Shown: one piece after another, positions 11,822 to 24,860 of the stretch | Layout of the letters: every line of letters begins with the position of its first letter | Position numbering within the stretch: the first letter of the stretch is position 1 | Assembly: GCA_951406725.2 (NCBI GenBank) | Contig: OX597814.1 | Span: 46,996,001-47,060,000 of the forward strand | DNA length: 64,000 nt | Reading direction: 5' to 3' | From: Octopus vulgaris | Taxonomy: Eukaryota | Notes under the pieces: generated by a model | The model's input: only the letters and a program-made list of their open reading frames with translations | The model's database searches: none | Told to the model about the DNA's origin: nothing | Program-made: the position numbers and the translations under genes

Positions 11822-13206
11822 TATTTCTTTTAAATTGCCATAAAGGCATTACATAGAGGGGGGGGCACTACAACACATGTGGGGACACATGACAAAATAA
11901 TAATATGATACATGAATGATAATTGAGAAATGAGAATATGAAAAGTGTGTTACTCACCCCACACTGAGTAACACCACTCGCCACCTCTGAGTCCTGAGTC
12001 CTCTTTAATCTTTGATCTAGTCTTTCGTTTACCATTTTACCCATCGCTGAGTAACAACACTCTCTCCTCCTTTTTCACCGGGGGAGGGGTCTTGTAAATT
12101 TTGTGGTGTCTGTTCTTTCTTCTTTTTCCTGTGGGGAGACGAGGTAGGTGGCTTTGGTATCTGTATGGGAAAGGTAGGTCTGAGGTGGATGGAGTTGGGT
12201 GGGATGGAGTTGGTCCCACATCACACTGACTGTTCTTCCTCTTCTTTCTCTTGTTCCTTTTATTCTCTATCACTGACCATTCATCCTCCTTGTTCCTTCC
12301 ATCTATCTGTACTTCTTCCTTGTTCTCCTCCGTCTCCACCACCGCTTCTTCTGTTGTTTTCTTCTGCAGAGGGCAGTGAGCTCTAATGTAGCCCTTTTGG
12401 CCACATTTAAAACACCGTGGGATTCTGCCCTCCACCCACACTCTTAACATAATTTCTCCCAACGTCACCATCTCCGCCAAACTCTCCAATTGCCTCTCCT
12501 CTGTCTGTGTTTTTCCTCTCCATCCTCCGTCCTCCGTTTCCGTGGCTTGGAGGACAGCCACCTCCTCCTCACTTCCGACAAGGACGGCTGCCGCAACCCA
12601 AGTCACTTCTATATTGGGTGGAATTCCTTCTACCCCCACCTTGGAAGTCTTTCTTCCAAAGTACGTGGGCAGAAGTACCACTTCCTCCGTTTCTACAGTT
12701 GCACTCGTCAGTTTCTTTGTCTCCTCCGCTGTAATAAACTGGACAACCACCGTCCATATCCATTTCCTTTCGCTATGTATGTCACTTCCTTCGAAAGCCT
12801 CTTCAATGCTTTTTCTACCTTTTCCATCTCCATCCGCTCCACCTTCCTACTCTCCACTGAGTACACCTTGTAGGTAATGGTTTTCTTTTCCCTATTTTCC
12901 ATAACCCTTTTCGCAGGTTTTTACATCACCGCCCACCTTCTGTATCAACTTACTCAGCTCCTCCAGTCCGGCTGGGTCCACCTCCCTTTTCTTCACCTTA
13001 CAGCCTCAGCAAAACTCTTTACTCTTTCCAAATGCTCGTCCATTCTATTTACCCCCTTAACGAGCTCCTCCTCCGCTGAGGACAGCTCATACTCGCTAAG
13101 GTCTGAATACATTGTCTCTACCGGTATAACACCCGCTGCCAAGCAGCACAAAAAATTCCATCCGACTCGTCAAAAATCAACACAGCGAATAGACCGACGC
13201 ATGTGC
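11822..13206 (-). mobile_element. Complete 1.4-kb ORF1-only (HAL1-like) Tx1/L1-type non-autonomous retroelement
   Basis: Exact 16-bp TSD GGGAAGCAAGCTTCTT (11806-11821 and 13207-13222) and an A-rich 3' tail. ORF1 starts at the ATG at 13112 (MYSDLSEY..KSFAEAV), is broken by stops and a frameshift, has an RRM-like middle and a knuckle CFKCGQKGYIRAHC (H replaced by Y). No ORF2 is present. Confidence 0.85.
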
Positions 13207-13346
13207 GGGAAGCAAGCTTCTTACCATAAACCCACTCCTGCGCCTATATTTTAAGATTACATATATATAACATACAATTTTAGTCTCGCTATGTAAACGA
13301 AGTGATTACATAGCAGGTCTTTATTTTTGTGTTAGCAGAACACATA

Positions 13347-13724
13347 CACTACCGTCAGAAATTAATTAGCACTCTTGATTTGCTCTTCACTCAAGGTATG
13401 TGCTGTCACCTAGTGGCCATATCTCGAACTATTGCTTTGTTGCGAGTTCACTGTTGCGCAGAACGATGACGTAACTTTGTTTGCAGAGCAGTTTGAGAGT
13501 CTACAGCCTTATGATGTTGACATAGCAGTGCAACAACAACTTGGAGTGCGGATGCAGACAAATCTTCCTTTGTTTAATAGATATAGGTAGCGCCTCGCAA
13601 GGACCGAAATCACCATACTAAGTTTTATCATCGCGTAAGACGTTTTGAACAGCTCATAGGTTAATTAATTTAACCTATTTAATGTAGAAATTTGAGAAGT
13701 GCTAATTAATTTCTGACGCAAGTG
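13347..13724. mobile_element. Tc1/mariner-type MITE
   Basis: TA|CACTACCGTCAGAAATTAATTAGCACT ... AGTGCTAATTAATTTCTGACGCAAGTG|TA. Confidence 0.8.
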
Positions 13725-13931
13725 TATACTTTAAATCTGAAATTACCACTTAAATTATGTGTAATATAATTAACAATCGTATATTAGAGAAATAGGGGAA
13801 GAAAAAGCAAGAAGTAAGGTAAAGAAATGAGAAGAAATAGAGAGAGGGAAGATAGGAGAAATGAAAAGGGGAGAGTGTGTGTGTGTGAGAGAAAGAGAGA
13901 GAAAAGAGAGAGAGAGAACGAGAAAGAGAAA

Positions 13932-14004
<73 letters not shown>

Positions 14005-17000
14005 CGAAACTAAAGGATGGAGATAAAATGAAAAATGGTTATAGCTCTCAGCTCAAAACTTAGACATCTGTATTTCTTCATCTTCGAGACTGCTTCCTAT
14101 AAAATAATGGTTTTGTGGGATTTTTCAGGACGGGATGTTTGTTATGAATATGTACTGAAGATTTTATAATTCATTCCACTTATGTTAAAAACCAAGCGTC
14201 TTAGCAGCAAGATAGTTTGAAAGAGGCCAAACTTCAGAAGTTCATTTGCATTTATATGTGGCCCTTTTTAATGGAGAAGTCAATATGACTTGAGATAAAA
14301 AGTTTGATATGATCCATTAACAACCGATGAACTGGTCTTACCTCAGCAACACATTAGGCTACAAACATTGTATGATGTTCTGTTTAAAAAAAGAAATAAA
14401 ATATTTTGCCGAACATACAAGATAAATCTGGAATGAAAATATTCTCACACGTTGACAAATACAACTTCTAAAATAATAGGTTCTTTTGTTACAAGTTTTC
14501 TTTCAATCCTCCTGGATACAGGTGGATATTTTAGAATATTTTAACACAAAACACCAGGTCATGAGATTAAAAAAAAATACCGTGTGCATAGGAAATGAGT
14601 CAAACATGTGCATTAAAAAGTAGACATATATACTTTGAATATATTATAAATTCTTGTTGGGTTGTAAATTTTTTATTGCTTAACTTAATAACACACACAC
14701 ACATACACACACAGCTATGTCAGATTTGTTTGGCTAATGTTTAGTGTGAATTATTCCAGATAAGTAGATAATAAAAAGATGCTGCTGCAAAGGAATGTTT
14801 CTAGGAAAACTGTATAATAGTACAATTAAGTAGGAACAGACATACTTAGATGTAGTGAGCCAAAAATAATTTTTAGTCAGTCGAAATGTTACATATAATG
14901 AGGGAATAAAGCATTAGTGCTAATAACATTTCTTATCAAAGGAGACAAGGGAGAACACTCTGAAATTTATACTGATTAAACATTTAATGGAGATATGCAG
15001 TGGGAAACGAGTCTGATATAGCTACCAAAGCCGAGGGATCATTTAAAGAATCGTCACCCTAGACTTTGGCGGCTGACAATTCTTCAGGTGGGATAACTTG
15101 GGATAATGAATCTTCAGGTAAGAACACCTGATGTGATAAGTTTTGAGGTGGGATCAAAGTGAGGTCATAAAACTGACGTATTTCACTGCTTGAGCTCAAA
15201 ACTTTATATTCATAACCACCAGTAGATTTTGGTATACATTTCCTTCCAACAGTCGTAATATTCCAGGTCCTTAACATATGTTCAGAACTGTGAAGTACTA
15301 AGTCAATTTTGTGGGCATGAATACTGAAGTGCGCACAAAAACAATTGAATTATATTGAAACAAAGCACACGAGTTACATTTAAAACATGGTTGCAATCGA
15401 AAATTTTAAAATTTTTACGAGGTGCATTAAAAAGTTCCTGAGGTTTATTCGTTTTTCTGATAATATTGTACTGAGATAAACATCAGAGATGTTTTATTCC
15501 ACGCAAAACCTTCAGTGTCTACTCAGAGGTATATTGCAATGCTGGAAACCCTTCTGTATTGTCAGCAGACACCTCAGGGTCACAAGATTATCGACCCTTA
15601 ACCTGAGTGGTGCAGCGACAACTGAGCTTGTTTTCACCAACCAAAGGGTTCCACTCTTATCGACCATCTTGAGCTAGTTTCAGCTACAGTGTCTATTTCT
15701 CCAGCAGTCTGGGTTCCAGACCTATCTTCCGCAGGAAATAGCGCAATGATATAGATGGAAAGTAACGGCAGTCGATTTCAATGGGGAAAGTAGCCGGATG
15801 CTAGCCCTTAACATGCGGCCTCATATGTCAACAAATTGTTGTTTGGTATCCTTTGCAATATACTATATATACTGTATTTTGAAAGACAGAATAATTGTTT
15901 CTGTAAATTTTGGAACACAGTATACACTATTTCGATTATCTCTCTTAAAACTTTGTCATAAGCGATGTATTTTGCTGTGTAGCTTAAGTTAATTTTGAGA
16001 CACAGTGTGTTTTATTTTTATTTTATTTTATCCTAAATATGCATTTTTATTCACTATAGGCTGGGATTACTATTATTCAGGTGGAATAAGCTGGGAATGA
16101 TAATTCTGCAGCTGAAGTAGGCTGAGGTGACAATTCTTCGGGTGGACATTTTGGGATGACAATCTTTCAGGCGATCCAAGATCAAATTCGCTTCTCACTG
16201 CATATCTCCATTTAATATTAATCATTTCACTTTCAGATTTTTTTTCCCTTCTTTCATGAGTTGAGAAGAATTTTTATTACCGTTAATGACTTTTCTCTTC
16301 ATTGTCAGCGTAATTTCAAGTGATATGTTAGCACGCACTTAACTTTACGTTTTTCATACAGAAAGTATCCTTGAGAAATTTTCTTCTTATGTATAGTATA
16401 CTGTCTTGAAAAAAGGTACAAAGCAAATGAAAGACGGAAGTTTAAGTGGAGAAAGTATAGGGTTTTGGGAATTGGAAGTATATTAACGCTAGTAGCAATA
16501 AAAATAAGTGATAGAAGTGTTAGCAACAATAGGATACGAAAAAACTACAGATGGCCGACATTGACAGAGAGTATAAGCATTTGTTGTGAGGAAGAAGTAA
16601 GGTCTAACGTTTCAACCGGAAAATTAGTCGGATAGAGAAGTTAAGTTTTCTGATGATACATTGGGAGTAAATATAGAATAGAACTGACAATGATTAAGCT
16701 ATCGAAAGAGTAAGAGCTTATCTGTCTCACCAAAAACTTGAATGCCGTCTATCATGTGTGCAATAGTGGTGAGTGCATAATCTTAGATGTAAACAGTTGG
16801 TTATGAAGAGGAAATCCAGTAACTTAGAGCTCGTTTTGGTTTTGTCAAGAAGAGTATACAACTTCTATTACGAATCGTTTTAAGATTTTAAGCCAACAGC
16901 CTGTATGAAAGAGTAATAATTTCAGTAAATGTTTTTAATACGCACAGAGACACAAAGCCTAATGTTGGTCTCCTGCGGTTTACGGTATTTAGTACAGTTG

Positions 17001-17806
17001 AATATGAATTGTTATTAGAGCTAGGTAAGAAAGGTATTGCTGCGGTAGTTTAGCCCTAGGCATGTGATAAAGGGCATTCTTGCAGTATCGATCCCATCTT
17101 TTTTTTTCAAATAGGTTTACATTATCAAAAGTGTACTTTCTTTTTCTAAAGACAGTAGAGAGTCACTTGAGGGACATTTGGCTGCTATTTCAAACAAATA
17201 TCTTAATCTCAAAAGTAAAACGAAACTTAGGAATGACCGACTAATACCACATTTTCTTGTAATCTAATTATGCATCTGCAACAAGGAGGCATAACAAATT
17301 ACTTACCATACTTACGTTACAACCGTCCTAACTGCATTATATCCCCACCCCTCGGGAAAACCAATGCACAAGGACCTGTTGTATTTATTTTTTTATTGGC
17401 AGTTTGTCACAAAACACAGATTAGCACAGGATCCCTAGATCCATGCAACGCAAGAAACAACAGTTAAACATGTCTACGTCTTAAGACGGCACAGCCTTAC
17501 ATCTATCAACAAAAGAATTAGACAACGAAAGAAATTATTTTAATATCCTATGGCGATATCAGACACACTAAAACAATATATGGAGAAAGAAATGAATTAT
17601 CTATTTATGCCATTTCCCTTATTATATTTTGGATTGTCGAAATTAAGATTTGAAATAGAAACCAGCATCACTAAAAGGAGTGAAGATGACGGACTGCACC
17701 GAATTACACTAATAGAGGGGTGAAGACACCAAAATGATTGTAAATAAAATTGACGTGCAGTGTTTATAATAAAAATAATTTATTATGTCTAATACTTTAT
17801 ATATAA

Positions 17807-18096
17807 CTAGCAGTATCGTCCGGCGTTGCTCGGGTTTGTAAGGGAAATAACTATATAAGCATTTTAGAGAGTTACTTCCCTTATATAATAGCAAAAAAAA
17901 AATGCATTAAATATGGGAAAAAATTGGGGTAATTTTTTTTTTAAATCGTAGACACGCGCTAATACCCAGAAGGGCTCGATATGAATCACGACTATAAGAT
18001 ACCCGCTTTTGGTTACACTGCACCGCAAAATGTGGGGGTAGTTAGGAATCTAAATCGTAGGAGACAGACACACAACTTCACTTTTATATATAAAGA
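17807..18096 (-). mobile_element. Non-autonomous Helitron
   Basis: On the minus strand it starts with TC after A and ends with hairpin CCGAGCAACGCCGG plus CTAG before T. Same family as 41813-42092. Confidence 0.8.
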
Positions 18097-18345
18097 TAAC
18101 TATTTTTATTTTTGCGTATTTACTCTAACGTCTAGGTAGGTTCAGACGCAAATATGCTGTTCGCTGAAGCGTACGTCATTGGAGAATAATTTCTCGTATG
18201 ACGTACACTCTTTTAACGACGACAGTACGTTCAACACACTCAGTTCATTGGCACACTGCATTCTAGGATACCATTGTTTCGTTAGTCGTCTACATGTCTC
18301 GTCAGTCAGAAGTAGCCTAAACTCTGAACCTAACTATTTTTTAAA

Positions 18346-18417
<72 letters not shown>

Positions 18418-18468
18418 CATACATATATCTATATATAACATTCTCTCTCTATCTCGATATGTATATAT

Positions 18469-18565
<97 letters not shown>

Positions 18566-18578
18566 ATATTATATATAA

Positions 18579-19932
18579 CTAGCAGAGAAAAAAACCGGCA
18601 TTGCTCAGGATTATGTTCAAACAGGTAATACGGGAAAATGCAGCATTGACGACAACGCATTTGTGGAGTAAATGATGGTCCAATTCGGCCAAGCAACATA
18701 TAATTCGTCTGGTTGGAGGATTCAAGGCCCTATACTATCATGGAGAACTGGGAGTGGGGAGAGGTTATGTAATTTTTGAACCCAGCGAAAAGCTGTCAGT
18801 GGATGACTGTCGGCTTTGACTGTCAGCGCCGCACCTAACACGACCCATCGTATGGTTGACAATCAAATGAATGGAGGTGTAATTGAGGTGCTGTACGTAA
18901 ATGGATACATTCCGGAAATGGACTGCAACGGGAGACGACAACGGGGAAGTGAACTGTTGAAATGTTGCAGAAGGCGAAGGGTTGACATTGGATGGCTGTA
19001 GAATAAGAAACAAAGTGAGCCTATGCCGTCATACGAAAATATGTAGCAATGGATTACTTGAAAATTATACATGTCAGTCGCATGTCAGTCGTCACATATG
19101 TATATGTATATGTATGTGTAGATGTGTATGTGTGTGTTTAATAACATCAGTCGTCACATATGTATATGTATGTGTAGATGTGTGTATGTTTAATAACGTA
19201 CTTAACGCGGAAAGACACACACACTGAGACATATACACACTCATACACTTACATACACACACAGATACACAGTCATATGCAAAATGTGATGTCGTCGATG
19301 TGGTATAAAATGTCCTGTTGACAATAGAAAGATTATCTCCATGAAATATTATATTGTTTTAATCGAAATGAAAATAAAATTTCGTATTGACACTGACTAG
19401 CCCTCATATACATATAGTATGTTTAATAACATATCTAACGCGGAAAGACACACACGCTGTGAGATATATGCACACTCATACACTCACACACATACATTCA
19501 CAGACAGATACATATTTAAATACAAAATGTGACGTTGTCGTCGTCGTCGTTAACTATCCCTCACATACATATAGTGTGTTTCGCAACATACCTAACGCGG
19601 AAAGATACACACACTGTGAGACATATACACACTCATACACTCACACACGTCGTCATCGCGGTTAGAATTAAAAGTAAAAGTATAAAAGTGAAGCAATATG
19701 TCACATTACAATATAGATGCTATTCTTTCACTTTTATTCTTTGAGTTTTGACACATAATACGGAACCAGTGCCAATGTTGCATTGTTTTAACTCCCCCCC
19801 CCCCAAAAAAAATATTACATGTTGACACTCACGGGGTCTGATAATATAATACCGTGTAAAATTTGATTTGGTTGAGCCATTTGAGAATGCATTGGGGACA
19901 GACAGAGGGAGAAGGGATTTTATATATATAGA
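18579..19932 (-). mobile_element. Non-autonomous Helitron-like element with internal imperfect tandem repeats
   Basis: A-CTAG followed by CCGGCATTGCTCAGG hairpin at the left end and TATATATAGA-T at the right end. The block TAACGCGGAAAGAYACACAC repeats at about 19203, 19436 and 19593. Confidence 0.65.
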
Positions 19933-20702
19933 TAAATATTAATCACAAAAATATGTCTGTTGATGTCGTCCATGGAAACGCTGAACTTCTTTTTCGCTTA
20001 TTTTTGTTTTATTGTCCGAAGTTAATACAATAACAATTCCTTATAAAGAAGAAGGAAAAGAAACAACCACTTTTTTGTGTGTGCTGAAGAGTTTATAAAG
20101 ATAAAAAGTATTACCATGTATCGATGGTTACTTGTTATTAATGCCAAAAGAAAGAACATTTAACTAAAGGCAGTAAATCAAAGTCTTTATCAAAAACATA
20201 TTTTGAAATAATATATGTACTTGAAACAATGCATATATTATAATATTTGAACGAAATACCGATGTGTATGACATTTATGATATGGATATAAACGTAAAAC
20301 GACACTAACTGTAATATTTTGTCTCACAAGAACATCTGAAACAAACGTGCGTTAAAAATACAGTTCTTCGTTCAAAGCGGATCACTAATCACGGCGTTTC
20401 GATTTGATTTGGTCCCCTCGGTGACAAATACATCAGACGTGTTGAGTTAAGCCAAAGATTGTTGTTTCGATACTAAAATCAGTAAACAAGACATTTACCG
20501 ATGTGTGCGAAAATTAACCAGGCTAGAATTAAAATAGTATATGCTTTTGGAACAGCCTTAGATTAAAATGCCTATGTGTATAACAATCAGGTCAAAATAC
20601 TGTCTGGCGATCCACCGCATTCTAAGTGAAGCTCATGTGTTTTAACTTCTGTTTGAGAAGTTTCTCTGGAACAAAATATATATTTCTATACATTATACAC
20701 AA

Positions 20703-21260
20703 TGTTACAAAGGAGAAATAACGTTATTGATTACGTGACTAATTTGAAGAATGCTGCACAATTTTCTTCGTTTTGTGCGTCTTTGCTGTGAGGTAGACGA
20801 TTTGAGCCGGTGAGGGAACTTGCAATGAGGGAACCGGTGAGGGGACGTGCAGTGTCAGTTGGCAACATAAAGAACGTGGAGTGCGAAGTCGGTGACGTAA
20901 AAAATGCGGACATAAACAATCAGTAAAAAGGATAGCCAGTGTGAAGTTGGCTACGAACATAGCGTGAAGTTGTCTATGAAAACAGTAAGTGTGAAGTTGT
21001 CTATGAAAACATTAAGTGTGAAGTTGTCTATGAAAACAGTAAGTGTGAAGTTGACTACGAAGACAGTCGATGTAAACATGTGACGTGACAATTCAAAGTG
21101 AAACTGAGCGACGAAGAACCACGCTACACAAGACACCCAGCCAGGTTTGACTACTTTTTCCAGTCTATGTAATTTAGCTTGTTGAGCTGGCCTGCGGTTT
21201 CCTATCTGCTGACTTGTCGGTTGGAATCATGTTGGTGTCAGGAAACCGCACTTTGCAACA
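20703..21260. mobile_element. Probable solo LTR containing a 27-bp minisatellite
   Basis: TG...CA inverted termini TGTTACAAAG and CTTTGCAACA. More GC/CpG-rich than its flanks. No TSD seen. Confidence 0.5.
20941..21065 (+). repeat. 27-bp tandem repeat, about 5 copies
   Basis: GTGAAGTTGTCTATGAAAACAGTAAGT units. Confidence 0.9.
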
Positions 21261-21713
21261 ATATTATCTTTTATATATCCCCATACCATCACCACATCTA
21301 GTTAAATAAAGTAAAAGCTATTTTCCTCTAGATTTTGGACATGCTGTCAAATTAATTTTAGGAAGTGTTCTTTTTAGATGCTTTCGTATACATGTATCTA
21401 TAGATGCGCTTGTATATAAAAATTACATTAACACTCTACGCTTTTTAAGCTCTCAAATTCTCAAATGTTCGAAAAAAAGTTTTATTACGCTATTGGACTA
21501 TTAGCCTTTTCCAAAGATAAATTTCCATTTACTGTTAATTTCCGAATTAATAACTCACTTTACTTGCCTTGTCTTTTCTTTCACTCTTTCTCACTCCACC
21601 TCTCTCTCTAAACTATATTATGAAAGTCATTTTCTTTTTTAGAATATGTACTGCCGAAACTAGTACATTATGCTTGCCATGTTAGCGATCATTTACACCT
21701 TCAAATAGTCTTC

Positions 21714-21965
21714 GGATCTTTTCGCTTTGACCGGCAGTTTTTTAAAATAATTTCTTTGTCACTAAACACTTTTAAACTTCGCATACTGGTAGAAAGTGTT
21801 TATAAAACATCTTTTTCTCTTGGCTTTCTTGAGAAAATTCTGTAGTTTGTAAGCTATTTGTTGTTTAATTTCTTGCATTTCGGCAATTTCAATCAATCAG
21901 TGACGTCTATTGAGGTGAATACAATCTCTCCGGATCTTTGTCAACAACTATTATTTGCGGTGTCA
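21714..21965 (+). mobile_element. Solo TIR arm of a Mutator-like foldback family
   Basis: Begins GGATCTTTTC..AAACTTCGCATACTGGTAGAA, homologous to the termini at 1189 and 22146. Confidence 0.7.
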
Positions 21966-22145
21966 TATGAATTTAACATTAAAGACAAACATTTTAAACT
22001 TATTTACTTCAAACTATAATGTTTTCTAACCAAATTTTACTTGATACGTAAATGTACATTCATTTACATTTTGGATGTGATCTTGTACTTTAAATGTGCC
22101 ATTTTAATTTTGCTAGTTGTTTATGTCACTATTAGTGCTATTTTA

Positions 22146-23080
22146 GGATCTTTACCCTTTGAACGGCAGATTTAGAAATTAAATTTTTTGTAACTAAACA
22201 CTTTCAAACTTCGGACACTGGTAGAATGTGTCATTAAAGCATCTTTTCCTCTTAGTGTTGTTGAGAAAAGTTTGTATTTTCAAAGTTATTTTGTGCTAAA
22301 GTTGTCATATTTCGGTAATTTCAACCAATCAATGGCGTGTACTCAGCTGCATAAAATTACTGCTGTCGTTTGTCAACAACTTCCTGCGGTGTATATTTCG
22401 TTTGTCACTTTTATTTATGACATATTTAATCTCAGTTACGTTTGTATGAATAAACGAGTGTATCTGAAGCATGTTTACTTCATGGCACCACCACAATCGT
22501 TCGTGCATTTCTACTGCTTTTAGTTTTTTTTTTCCTGTTTTCAGCTACTATTTTCGGAAAGACTTTTCCACCTACCCCACACCTTCCAATTTCTTCATTT
22601 TTCACTTTTTTCCATAACTCAGACCCTAAAATCCCAACCCTAACCCTAAAAGCCCAACCCTAACCCTAAAACCCTAACCCTAACCCTAACTCTGAAACCT
22701 TAACTCTAAAACCCAAACCCTAACCCTAAAACTCTAATCCTAACCCTGAAACCCTAAAGCTAAAACCACTACAAACGCACGATGTCATAAATAGCAGTGA
22801 CAAACGAAATATACATCGCCAATAGTTGTTGTTGACAAACAACGGCAGTAATTTTATTCAGCTGAATACACGCCACTGATTGGTTGAAATTACCGAAATA
22901 CGACTACTTTAACACAAAATAACTTTGAAAATACAAACTTTTCTCAACAATACTAAGAGTAAAATATGTTTTATATGACACTTATAAAATATGTTTTATA
23001 TTCTACCAGTGTCCGAAGTTTGAAAGTATTTAGTTACAAAAAATTAATTTCTCGATCAGCCGTTCAAAGGGAAAAGATCC
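22146..23080. mobile_element. Mutator-like foldback element with about 270-bp TIRs and internal (CCCTAA)n-like repeats
   Basis: GGATCTTTACCCTTTGAACGGC...GCCGTTCAAAGGGAAAAGATCC. Arms about 22146-22410 and 22795-23080. The flanks CTATTTTA and CCATTTTA form an imperfect TSD. Confidence 0.85.
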
Positions 23081-23957
23081 CCATTTTATTTAGTAATATG
23101 TTGGAGTTACAATTTTCGATCACTATAGTTTCCCTAAGGCCTTGTTCGAGTAAAGCATGGCAATATTTTGTGAGACATGGGTAACTTTAGAATGGCGTGG
23201 AAATAAGTGATTAACTGTAATTAAAACTCCTTTTCTGAATATATATCTTCTATATACTAACCTTATCAGTGGGGTGCATGCTATTTTGGAAAATCGAAGA
23301 GAAGCGTGGAGCAAAAATGGTTGAGAAGCACTGGACTTGTATTAGAAGAAACTAATGGTTAGGATTAACACCATATGTTACGGTACTGACACGAATTTTA
23401 CTGAGGCCATTAAGAAACAATATAAATGCAAAAAGACGATATCTGTCAGCTAAGATTACACATACTTTTGGGAAAACTTATGAAGATCAATATTTAAAGC
23501 AAATATATAAAGGATCATAGAAAATATGTGCTAATTACTTTTGTATTGGAATATATTTTTAGCCTTTCAAAACTAGCTGATTGAGAACCTATACAAGATT
23601 AATATGCGAAGTGTCATAATTTTGAATTCGTAGGCTCGGTCAATTAAAATAGTAAATCTATACAGTATATAATTATGTCTGTATACTGATGTATTTTATA
23701 AATCCTCCCAGACAGTTATATTTAGCTGAATGGTTCCCACGATATGATCACTTTTCCCCGGAAAAATTACATAACAACTGAATTAAATATGTGTGCACAA
23801 TTAATTTGTAAATTAATCACGTGAAATAGTCTCATGGAGGAGCTAGAAAAGCATTAACTATAAATATTATAATAATTATAATTTCAAATTTTGGTACAAG
23901 GCTAGCAAGTTCGGGAGAGGAGGGTAGGTCGATTACATCAACCCTAGTGCGCAACTG

Positions 23958-24506
23958 GATGCAGTACCAGGCAGTGGCTCTCATGGCTTTTGATCTTAAC
24001 TGATTGGAAGTGTTATCATGTACATTGTTTTGTCTTGGTATAAAAGATGGGCTACAGCAAATATTCTGCTCAATACCACAGATTTGCTTGTCAGTTGTTT
24101 GACCTTAACCAGTTGAGTATGTCCCTTAGTGGCTCACGATATGTGCATCTCTGATCACGAGCAGAAGTAGTGGGGGAGCATCATAGCTATGTGTTGAGAG
24201 GGATTGTTTGGGGTTTGAATAGTTCACCTCTGGAAACATGGGTGGTTTTTTCAACATCCTTAAACAACCCTTATTCAGGGACCTTTTGAGCGGGATGGGC
24301 TACTCAACCTGAAGAAAATTCTAACTGGACCCCACCAGCAAGGTCATGTGCTGTTTATCTTGATATGAGATCACCATGTCGCGCGCATATGGTTGTGATG
24401 CATGTGTCTGGTGTACCCTTATCAGACGGGTAGTCATGATGGGTATATTGGGCTTCGTATATTTTACCCCGGTGTCACTTTGATGGCATGCTCTGCTCGC
24501 TCACTC

Positions 24507-24575
<69 letters not shown>
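23958..24575 (+). mobile_element. About 550-bp non-autonomous retroposon with (AAT)n tail, inserted into a family A SINE
   Basis: Homologous to 30790-31255(-) and 37168-37537(-). Ends GTCACTTTGATGGCATGC..CACTC(AAT)n. The SINE A halves lie at about 23880-23957 and 24597-24665. Confidence 0.75.
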
Positions 24576-24576
<1 letters not shown>

Positions 24577-24669
24577 TTCGTAAAGGCCGTTTTTGTTGCG
24601 TAACTAGTACTTATTTCATCGACCCCGAAAGGATGAAAGGCAAAGTCGACCTTGGCGGAATTTAAATAG

Positions 24670-24860
24670 ATAGTTTCACGGTGTGTCAGGCTGTGGGCGA
24701 TCAGGCCGATGCATGCTCGGAACGTCCTGCCGCAGGTCGGGCATTGGCGGTCTGCTGGGAATGAAAGGTAAAGAGTTGGCTCTGGACTTGGGTAGCTCAC
24801 GTTTTCTTTGTGGCTTTTATGTCGGTGCAGCTACGCCAGGCAGGGCGGTCTTGTGCTTAA
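24670..24860 (-). mobile_element. RTE-like LINE 3' fragment
   Basis: C-terminal zinc finger CPTCGRTFRACIGLIAHSLTH. Confidence 0.65.

Noticed and set aside
20941-21065. CRISPR-like regular repeats
   Set aside because: Contiguous tandem units without unique spacers, in a eukaryotic context with no cas genes.
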